From NCBI GenBank assembly GCA_934233745.1, contig CAKQGN010000001.1, positions 194,621-258,620 of the forward strand: a stretch of DNA of 64,000 nt, given 5' to 3'. Both the position numbers and the translations under genes were made by a program. Below are positions 56,582 to 64,000 of this stretch, piece after piece (the first letter of the stretch is position 1; each line of letters opens with the position of its first letter). The notes beneath the pieces were generated by a model. The model was not told the origin of the DNA. It did not search any database and saw only the letters and a list, made by a program, of their open reading frames with translations. Origin of the DNA: an uncultured Clostridia bacterium (lineage in GTDB: Bacteria; Bacillota; Clostridia; Christensenellales; CAG-917).

Positions 56582-57412
56582 ATGCTTAAAGTTGAACATT
56601 TGAAAAAAACTTATCCAAAGAGCGACAGAGTCGCAGTTGACGATATATCTTTTGAATTGCGCCCGGGCGAGATTTTCGGATTTCTCGGACAAAACGGCGC
56701 GGGTAAATCCACTACGATAAAGTGCCTTACGGGCATTCTTCCGTTTGACAGCGGCACTATCACCATTTGCGGTCACGACATTGTCAAAGAGCCTATCAAA
56801 GCGAAAATGGAAATGGGATATGTCCCCGACAACCACTCCGTTTACGAGCGTCTTACGGGCAGGGAATACGTCAACTATGTTGCCGACCTTTACAAAGTGC
56901 CTGCTTTGGTTCGCACCGAAAGAATCGACCGCTATGCAAAGCTGTTCAAGCTCGAAAACGCCATCGACAGACAAATCAAGTCGTACTCACACGGTATGAA
57001 ACAAAAAATATGTATCATTGCCGCGCTCATTCACGATCCCAAACTTTGGGTGCTTGACGAGCCTATGATGGGACTCGATCCGCAGTCTACCGCGGAAATC
57101 ATTTCGTATATGCGCGAGCATTGCGCAAAGGGCAACACCGTTTTCTTTTCGAGCCACAACCTCGACCTTGTCAAGAAACTTTGCCACAGAGCCGCAATCG
57201 TCAACGACGGACATCTCATCGACATCATCGACCTTGCCGGCAACGACGCCAACAAAGCCAATCTCGAAGAAACTTTCTTCCGTGTCACAGGCACGTACGA
57301 ACAAAGATTGTTTGAGGACTATATCGCGCAAGAGAGCGCGGATATGCGCCCGGATATGCCCGTCAAAAGCGATGTAAACGACATCGAAATCGACGAGGAG
57401 GATGCAAAATGA
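56582..57412 (+). CDS. ABC transporter ATP-binding protein
   Basis: Walker A is GQNGAGKST, the signature is YSHGMKQK, and Walker B is LWVLDEPMMGLD. The RBS is AGGAGAA. Confidence 0.9.
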   Translation: MLKVEHLKKTYPKSDRVAVDDISFELRPGEIFGFLGQNGAGKSTTIKCLTGILPFDSGTITICGHDIVKEPIKAKMEMGYVPDNHSVYERLTGREYVNYVADLYKVPALVRTERIDRYAKLFKLENAIDRQIKSYSHGMKQKICIIAALIHDPKLWVLDEPMMGLDPQSTAEIISYMREHCAKGNTVFFSSHNLDLVKKLCHRAAIVNDGHLIDIIDLAGNDANKANLEETFFRVTGTYEQRLFEDYIAQESADMRPDMPVKSDVNDIEIDEEDAK

Positions 57413-59118
57413 GCAATAAAAGCGATTTTTCCATGCAAAGCGTGAGGACGCTTTTCAAGCTCGACCTCAAATCGAGATACGGCATATCACCCGATGCGGG
57501 CAAGCTCAAAAAGTTTGCGCAATTCGGCAACATATTGTTTTTTGTCCTCGTTTACGCCGTGCTTGTGGTTGGTATTTATTATCTGAGCAATGTGTTTGTG
57601 TCGCGTTCGGGCTTGAGAATAGAGTTTCTGGTCATTATCGCAACATTTACGATTACACTTGCGACAATCGTATCGACAAGCACCGTCATAAAGAACTTAT
57701 ATCAGAACGGCGACAACGAAATGCTGTTGCGCTTTCCCGTCAGCGGAAAAGAGATTCTGGTTGCAAAGTCCGTATATTGCTACTTGCACAATCTTGTGAC
57801 ATGCCTGCTTACGATGTTGCCGTTCTACATTTCGTTCGGCGTCGTGACGCACGCAAGCGTAGGCGATTACTTTGCGTACATCGGCATAGTGCTGTTGAGT
57901 ACGTTCTTGCCGTTCTTTATCGCAAATATCATCGCAGTGCCTGTCATGAAAGTGATGAACCTTGTCAAAAACCAATTCCTTTTGGTGCTTATATTCACCA
58001 TAATCGTGGTTTGCGCAGTGTTCGTTTTCTATCTTGTATCGCTCAGCAACGTTCTTAAATATCTGAAAGACTCCAATCAAACGATTTTTTCTGCGGATAT
58101 GATTGCAAGATACAAGCATTTTGCTCAAAACGCATATCCTTTCAACTGGTATGCCGAAATCATCAACGGCAGAAAGTACGCAGGGCTTTCGGGCGGACAA
58201 TATGCGCTCCGTTTCGTGTATATGTTCCTCATCAACGCAGTGTTCGGCGTATGCGCCTATTTCGTTACGACAAAGGAATATTACAAGACAATCCTTTACG
58301 GTATCGAAACGCAAAAGGCGTCTTTCAAAAAGAAAATCAAGGACGTGCGTCGTCCCGTGTGGTATGCGCTTTTCAGACGTGAGTTTTATCTCATACTGAG
58401 AAGTTTCAACTATTCGTTCCAATACTTTGCAATGGCATGCGCCGCTCCCGTCATGGTGTTTTTCTGCAACAGACTTGCCGCGTCCATGGGTACGGAAAGC
58501 GTCGGCGCAAGCATTATGCCCGGTCTTACGCTTATGGTAATCGTGATTTTTGTCACGATTATAGTATCGTTTGCGTCCACCTGCATTTCGAGGGAAGGCA
58601 ATTGCTTCTACCACACAAAGATAATTCCCGTAAGTTACACAAATCAGATTCTCGTCAAGTTTTTGCTTTACTCTATGACGGGTACGCTGTCGGTTGCGCT
58701 CTCTTGCGCGGTATCGGGCGGTTATTACACGAGCAAGGCGGGCGGACATCTTCTCACTCCGCTTGACGTGGGCGCAATATTCGGCATTGCGGAAATGCTT
58801 GTTTTGAGCCTCACTTGCCTCAGTATGATTGCGGACATCAAATCTCCGACTTTCAACGTGTCGGGGGACGGCGAGCTTGTTGCGGCAAACAAAAACGTCG
58901 CTCTTGCACTTGTCGTCGGCATCGTCGCGGCAATCGCTTACGGTTTGTTCACTATGCTTTTCAGTTTCTTCCCGTTCTCAATCGGAAGTTTGGTTATCGG
59001 AGGAAACATGAGAGCAATATACCTCATTTTGAGCGTAATCACGCTGTTGTTGCTGGCAGGCTCTTTGGCAGGGCTGTTTGTCAACCTCAACAAGCGTTAT
59101 CAAAAGATCGTTCCTTGA
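57409..59118 (+). CDS. Polytopic ABC-exporter-type permease (about 12 TM)
   Basis: An ATGA overlap with the ATPase gene indicates coupling. The 569-aa product is highly hydrophobic throughout. Confidence 0.7.
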   Translation: MSNKSDFSMQSVRTLFKLDLKSRYGISPDAGKLKKFAQFGNILFFVLVYAVLVVGIYYLSNVFVSRSGLRIEFLVIIATFTITLATIVSTSTVIKNLYQNGDNEMLLRFPVSGKEILVAKSVYCYLHNLVTCLLTMLPFYISFGVVTHASVGDYFAYIGIVLLSTFLPFFIANIIAVPVMKVMNLVKNQFLLVLIFTIIVVCAVFVFYLVSLSNVLKYLKDSNQTIFSADMIARYKHFAQNAYPFNWYAEIINGRKYAGLSGGQYALRFVYMFLINAVFGVCAYFVTTKEYYKTILYGIETQKASFKKKIKDVRRPVWYALFRREFYLILRSFNYSFQYFAMACAAPVMVFFCNRLAASMGTESVGASIMPGLTLMVIVIFVTIIVSFASTCISREGNCFYHTKIIPVSYTNQILVKFLLYSMTGTLSVALSCAVSGGYYTSKAGGHLLTPLDVGAIFGIAEMLVLSLTCLSMIADIKSPTFNVSGDGELVAANKNVALALVVGIVAAIAYGLFTMLFSFFPFSIGSLVIGGNMRAIYLILSVITLLLLAGSLAGLFVNLNKRYQKIVP

Positions 59119-59138
59119 TCTGAAAGGAAATTCGCATT

Positions 59139-62057
59139 ATGAAAAAAGTGATGATAGGTATATTGATTCTTATACCGATTATTATTCTTCTCGTCGTTGC
59201 GATGGTTTCCACAATCGTTTCGGCACAAGCGCATATTGCGGTTGAAAATATAGAATTAAAGTATAAGAATTCGCAAGATACCATATATGAGTTGCCCCTT
59301 TCTCTTGAAAGCGTGGCAAACAAAGTTGTAAATATCAAAGACTATCTCGACGTTGCCGTTTTTCCCGAAAAGGCAAACAACTATACTATCGAGTGGAAAA
59401 TATCGGGAAACGTCACATACACCGACGAGGAATACTACAAAAAGTATAAAAACTATCTCGACAATCCCGAATCGAGCGAAAAGGTCGCCCCTGCGGCGGC
59501 GTTTGTCGACGACAAAGGAAACGACGTTTCCTCAAACACATCGGGAAGAATGGTTATAGGCTCGTACTGCACTTTTACAATGCAAGTCGTTGCCGAAAAC
59601 GTCAGTAAAACATTGAACGTTAAAGTCGTAGGCTATGACGTCAACAGAGTGGATTTGCGCGCGCAAAACGGCAGCAACAAGATAGAAGTCGGCTCGGCAG
59701 TGCGTTTGCTCCCGTCCTATACACCGATTGACAGCATTGTCAACGAAACCGTGTGGACAACCTCCGACGCATCTGTTGCGCGTGTCGACCAAAACGGCAT
59801 AGTTACGGCGATCGGACAGGGCAAAGCGACCATAACTCTCGGCGCAAGCGTGTTTTCCACGGGCGAAAAAGTTTACGGTTCTTTCGATGTCGAAGTGACG
59901 GCAACAGGCGCAAGCGTGCGTTACGGCAACAAAATCGTGACAAGCAAATCTTCGCTTACGCTGACAGAACTCGGTATCGACGAGAGCGCAACGGCAATAG
60001 ACGGATGTGAAATCGACAAAGGGATTGTCACGGTGACCAAGGATGTCGCAACGCTGAACGTCGGCGGCAAAAACTTTGTCATAAAACGATGTGCGGCGGA
60101 CGAAATCGTAATTCAGAACAAGGATTTTTACGAACATAAGGACGACGGCTATGTGCTTGCAGTCGGAGAGCATACACTCAAACTTGCGGCAATGTGGGCG
60201 GATATGACCAACGAAACCGTTTTGTCCGGCGTTGTTTGGACGTCCGACAATCAAAACGTTGCCACAGTCACCGAAAACGGTGAAGTCAAAGGCTTGTCAA
60301 GCGGTCTTGTCACAATCACCGCCACCGCAAACGGAAAGAGTGCGAGCGTGACGATAAACGTACAAAACAAACTTGCGTCCGTGCAATTGCGCACGTCCGA
60401 CGCGTCGTTGGCGGTAGGTCTTGCAAGAGAAACCGTTTTCGCAAGCCAGAAATTTGCAAATCCGACAAATGTTAAAAACGACGACGGCAAGGTTGCCAAC
60501 AGCACCCGCATTGTCGTTGAAGGCGAAAAGGTCGGAGCAACGAAAGAAGAGCTTGAGCTGTTCTATTCGGCATACGATTTCGAAGTAGTCAAGGGCGGAG
60601 AATATGCGTATTTTGACGATACGATCCGCAATATGCTCGTCTTCAAAGACGGTGGAAAAGCACTTGAAGGCAAGGGCAGGCAACAAATCGTTGTCAGAGT
60701 CAGCGCAAAGTATCCCAAGTACGAGGGGATGACCAAATTCACCACACAGGAAGTCACGCTAAACGCCATATTCGGCGTTGCGGTATCTTCGGTTGCGGAG
60801 CTTGAAGCGGCGGCAAAATATCAACGAGCATACGCGGAAGCGTCTGAAAATGTCCTCGAAGCGCAAAAAAGGTACGAAATCACAAACGATTACGACAACA
60901 AAACGTATCGTGTTCAATCCAACCCGTATTCAAAGACGACGTATGCGATTTGCTTTGAAAACAACGTCGCTTATACGATTGCCGAACAAGGCGAAAACCT
61001 TGTGGGGCCTGAGGACAGAGTCAATTTCTACGGAGACGTGTACGGCAACAATCATATGCTGTCAACCGAGACAAATCAGCTTTCGACAAACACAAAACTT
61101 ATGCGTATTTCCTGGTCGAACGTGACTATGTCCAACCTCATTCTCCGCGCAAACAGCGCAGCGCAGGGCACCGAAATCGATTCGGCGGAGGATACGAAAG
61201 GCTTTACGGGTATTCTCGGACTTGTCGGCAGCCACGTAAACTGGGACATATATCGTCTTGAAAACGTCAAAATCGAATATTGCATATTCGAAAATGCAAA
61301 AGAAGCGATCAATGTCAACAATTCGAATGTCGATTTCGACGGTTGCATTGTCAGAAACCTTTGCTACTGCGGTATTGCAACGCAAGCCCGCATAAACGAA
61401 TCGGACGGAGTTTTATATCCGTATTATTCGCATATAGGCATGAACAATTTTGTGTTCTCCAACACGCTTGCGTCAATAATGGTCGTCAACTATGAGCATT
61501 ATACGACGACGGGCAAAGCCACGGATTATCGTTTTGCGGCAACGGCAGAAGAGAACGAAAAATGGTTTATGGACAACTTCTATGCAAAAGGAATCAATTT
61601 CCGTTTCAGACAAACCGGATTCATCGACGCATACAACTGGCAACCCGTGTCCAACGCTTCGCTTATTAGCGTCGGAAACGTGAACGGCGTAAATATCGAC
61701 GAACTTATCGCAAAATTCAGCGACATGATCATCAGGGGCAATTCAGCATTCGAAAAGCGCAGATTGATCGACTCCGAGGACGTTTGCTGGATTCACGTTG
61801 CGATAGTCAGCGCAGGCATCACGAGCGGACTTACCGTCGAAAAGACATACGAGGACGTAGCAATGGAAGATTCTCGTCTGTCTTATTTCAGCACAAAAGA
61901 AATGCCGATTGAAAACTCGGGACTCGCAGGGCTCGGAGAAAGTTTCCTGAAGAAAGCCTCGGCGGGTATCTGGGGGTATGATAATCAACAAAACATTCAA
62001 CCTTCGACGACTTATCAGGTCAACGATGCGTTTATTGAAAGATTGCACTCAAGATAA
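59139..62057 (+). CDS. N-terminally anchored surface protein with Big_2 (bacterial Ig-like group 2) domains and a C-terminal beta-helix-like region
   Basis: The N-terminal TM is MKKVMIGILILIPIIILLVVAMVSTIVS. Big_2-like segments include VRLLPSYTPIDSIVNETVWTTSDASVARVDQNGIVTAIGQGKATITL and VVWTSDNQNVATVTENGEVKGLSSGLVTITAT. The C-terminus has beta-helix-like repeats (NVTMSNLILRAN, IEYCIFENAKEAINVNNSNVDFDGCIVRN). Confidence 0.8.
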   Translation: MKKVMIGILILIPIIILLVVAMVSTIVSAQAHIAVENIELKYKNSQDTIYELPLSLESVANKVVNIKDYLDVAVFPEKANNYTIEWKISGNVTYTDEEYYKKYKNYLDNPESSEKVAPAAAFVDDKGNDVSSNTSGRMVIGSYCTFTMQVVAENVSKTLNVKVVGYDVNRVDLRAQNGSNKIEVGSAVRLLPSYTPIDSIVNETVWTTSDASVARVDQNGIVTAIGQGKATITLGASVFSTGEKVYGSFDVEVTATGASVRYGNKIVTSKSSLTLTELGIDESATAIDGCEIDKGIVTVTKDVATLNVGGKNFVIKRCAADEIVIQNKDFYEHKDDGYVLAVGEHTLKLAAMWADMTNETVLSGVVWTSDNQNVATVTENGEVKGLSSGLVTITATANGKSASVTINVQNKLASVQLRTSDASLAVGLARETVFASQKFANPTNVKNDDGKVANSTRIVVEGEKVGATKEELELFYSAYDFEVVKGGEYAYFDDTIRNMLVFKDGGKALEGKGRQQIVVRVSAKYPKYEGMTKFTTQEVTLNAIFGVAVSSVAELEAAAKYQRAYAEASENVLEAQKRYEITNDYDNKTYRVQSNPYSKTTYAICFENNVAYTIAEQGENLVGPEDRVNFYGDVYGNNHMLSTETNQLSTNTKLMRISWSNVTMSNLILRANSAAQGTEIDSAEDTKGFTGILGLVGSHVNWDIYRLENVKIEYCIFENAKEAINVNNSNVDFDGCIVRNLCYCGIATQARINESDGVLYPYYSHIGMNNFVFSNTLASIMVVNYEHYTTTGKATDYRFAATAEENEKWFMDNFYAKGINFRFRQTGFIDAYNWQPVSNASLISVGNVNGVNIDELIAKFSDMIIRGNSAFEKRRLIDSEDVCWIHVAIVSAGITSGLTVEKTYEDVAMEDSRLSYFSTKEMPIENSGLAGLGESFLKKASAGIWGYDNQQNIQPSTTYQVNDAFIERLHSR

Positions 62058-62066
62058 GGAAAGCTT

Positions 62067-64000
62067 ATGAAAAAAGTAATGATCGGAATCCTAATTCTCA
62101 TACCGATAATCGTTTTGGTTGTCGTTGCGCTTGTGTCCGTCATCGTGTCGGTCAACGCTCACATTGCCGTTGAAGACTTGCAATTGAGATACAAAGGGAC
62201 GGACAAAACCGTTTACGATCTTCAAATTCCTTTAGACGAGGTTGCAAACGTCAATATATACAACTATGTCGATGCGATAGTGTATCCCCAAAAAGCAACC
62301 AACAAGACGGTTGAATGGCAGATAGTGGGCGATGTTTCCTACACCGACGAAAACTATGAAACACTGAGAAACAAGTACCTTTCCGACCTTTCTGCTCTCA
62401 AAGCGGAATTGGAAGGGGAGCTTGCAAGAGGCTCGTTTTCAACGGCGGCAAGGCAAAATGCTTATAATATCGCAAAGGGAAAGTATTACAAAGATTCGTC
62501 GCTTATCATCTCCGCAATGGCGGATATATTGCTTGAAAAAGTGTATCCGGCGGCGGCTTTTGTGGACGGCAACGGAAAAGAAGTCGAGTCCAACACAACA
62601 GGCAAGATGATTGTAAGCTCATATTGCAAATTTACCATTCGCGCACAAGCCGAAACCGTGTCAAAGACAATCACCGTGTCCGTCGTGGGCTATGACGTCG
62701 AAAGAGTTACGCTCAACGTTTCGGAGGAAGAGAGTACAACTCTCGGCGTGGGTGAATCCATGCGTATTTTCGAGTCGTATACACCCATTGACAGCATTGT
62801 CAACAAGACCATTTGGTCAAGCTCGGACGAAAGCGTCGTTTCTGTCGACCGAAACGGCGTTGTAACCGCGCTCAAAGAAGGCAGAGCGACGATAACGCTT
62901 AAAGCGAGCGTCTATTCGTCCGAAAAGGAGGACGCGCTCAGATTCGTCGAAGGCTCTATTGAGCTGAATGTCGAACAAAAGGGCGCAAGTTCGAAATTCG
63001 GAGAAAAACTTGTCACAAACAAGTCGAGTTTTTCGCTTGCCGAAATCGGCGTTGTCAAAGACGAAATAACAAGCGTTGAAGGTGCAACCGTCAATGCGGA
63101 CGGAACTGTGTCGATGATTGCGGATACGGCGGTAATCACAATGCAAGACGGCAAAAAACTCACCGTCACGAGTTGCTCCGACAGAGACATTGCTTTTAGA
63201 AATATACGTTTTTACGAAAACGAAAGCGGATATGTTCTTGCCGTCGGCGAAAACGTGCTTGATTTAGATTTGGTTTGGGCAGATATGCTCAAAGAAGGCA
63301 ATCCGCAAGGTGTGGTTTGGGCTTCTTCCGATTCGAAAATCGCGACCGTCGACGAAAACGGCGAAGTCAAGGGCGTTTCAAGCGGTCTTGTCACAATCAC
63401 CGCTACATTGGGCGCAAAATCCGTCAGCGTGACAATCAACGTACAAAACAAACTTTCACAAATCCAGCTGCGCACGTCCGACGCGTCGCTTGCCATAGGT
63501 ATTGCGCGCGAAACCGTGTTTGCAAGTCAAAAGTACGTTGACGTGAGCGTAAACAACGACAAGGTTGCAAATTCCACGCTCATTGCCGTTCAAGGTCAGC
63601 CGGAGGGAGCAACCGCGGCGCAACTTGCGGCATTTTATTCGGCATACAACTTTGAAATCGTTGAGGGCAAAGAATTCGCTTCGCTTGACACGGTTGTAAG
63701 AAACAAAGTCGTGTTTACAAACGCAACGGAAGGCATGGGCAAGCAAAAAGTTGTTGTCAAGGTCAGCGCAAAGTATCCCAAGTACGAAGGAATGACCAGA
63801 TTTACCACCGAAACCGTCGCTTTGAACGTGGTTTACGGCGTTGCGGTGAAGGATATACGAGAGCTTCAACAGGCGTCGAAAGATCAGGAAGCGTATGCGA
63901 AAAAAGAAGACAATATCGTCAATCCCGACGGAATAGAAGTGTGGCGATTGCAAAACGGCAACGACACATATATCGTGCGAAATGCCAAATATTCAAAGCA
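62067..64000 (+). CDS. Tandem paralogue of 59139..62057 (Big_2 surface protein), truncated by the window edge
   Basis: Absent from the ORF track because it is open-ended. The ATG at 62067 follows AAGGAAAG. The product begins MKKVMIGILILIPIIVLVVVALVSVIVSVNAHIAVEDLQLRYK. Later segments include VVWASSDSKIATVDENGEVKGVSSGLVTITAT and VSAKYPKYEGMTRFTTE, matching the upstream gene. Confidence 0.85.
   Translation, partial: MKKVMIGILILIPIIVLVVVALVSVIVSVNAHIAVEDLQLRYKGTDKTVYDLQIPLDEVANVNIYNYVDAIVYPQKATNKTVEWQIVGDVSYTDENYETLRNKYLSDLSALKAELEGELARGSFSTAARQNAYNIAKGKYYKDSSLIISAMADILLEKVYPAAAFVDGNGKEVESNTTGKMIVSSYCKFTIRAQAETVSKTITVSVVGYDVERVTLNVSEEESTTLGVGESMRIFESYTPIDSIVNKTIWSSSDESVVSVDRNGVVTALKEGRATITLKASVYSSEKEDALRFVEGSIELNVEQKGASSKFGEKLVTNKSSFSLAEIGVVKDEITSVEGATVNADGTVSMIADTAVITMQDGKKLTVTSCSDRDIAFRNIRFYENESGYVLAVGENVLDLDLVWADMLKEGNPQGVVWASSDSKIATVDENGEVKGVSSGLVTITATLGAKSVSVTINVQNKLSQIQLRTSDASLAIGIARETVFASQKYVDVSVNNDKVANSTLIAVQGQPEGATAAQLAAFYSAYNFEIVEGKEFASLDTVVRNKVVFTNATEGMGKQKVVVKVSAKYPKYEGMTRFTTETVALNVVYGVAVKDIRELQQASKDQEAYAKKEDNIVNPDGIEVWRLQNGNDTYIVRNAKYSK

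Noticed and set aside
57697-58749. A 350-aa minus-strand ORF
   Set aside because: It is antisense to the ABC permease, which is translationally coupled to the ATPase. No motifs were found.

Overview
This is a 64-kb chromosomal window from a moderate-GC Gram-positive, Clostridia-like bacterium. Supporting signs are AGGAGG-type ribosome-binding sites, RNase J, Der, a DUF512 gene, a possible YtxC-like sporulation gene, and many hairpin plus T-run terminators. All product calls come from reading motifs in the translations; no database search was possible.

Gene content in order:
- A csoR-copA copper operon; copA runs off the left edge.
- One giant gene of about 19.6 kb (about 6,529 aa) encoding an N-terminally anchored GLUG/beta-helix plus MBG-like repeat surface protein.
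- Three translationally coupled small genes whose products carry TasA/SipW-type signal-anchor motifs.
- tRNA-Thr and tRNA-Ser.
- A glycerophosphodiester phosphodiesterase.
- An odd trio: a UDG-fold-like protein, a catalytically dead DnaE-palm fragment, and a transmembrane-less FtsH-like AAA+ metalloprotease.
- Sugar-utilisation genes: GH3, an acetyltransferase, AraC, a GPH symporter and GH27.
- An ECF sigma/anti-sigma pair.
- Housekeeping genes: serC-serA, rnj, a DUF512 gene, der and an aminotransferase.
- A P-type ATPase, HU and a CPA2 antiporter.
- An ABC exporter followed by two tandem paralogous Big_2/beta-helix surface proteins; the second runs off the right edge.

Most interesting for follow-up:
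1. The giant adhesin together with its three SipW-signal-like accessory genes.
2. The dead-DnaE-fragment plus soluble FtsH-like two-gene operon.
3. A modular intergenic repeat family. It includes arrays of variable, self-complementary hairpins separated by a constant GTGATAT linker, sitting upstream of and co-oriented with two unrelated genes. It also includes MITE-like GTCATTGCGAG-bounded elements, one set of which lies inside the csoR-copA operon.
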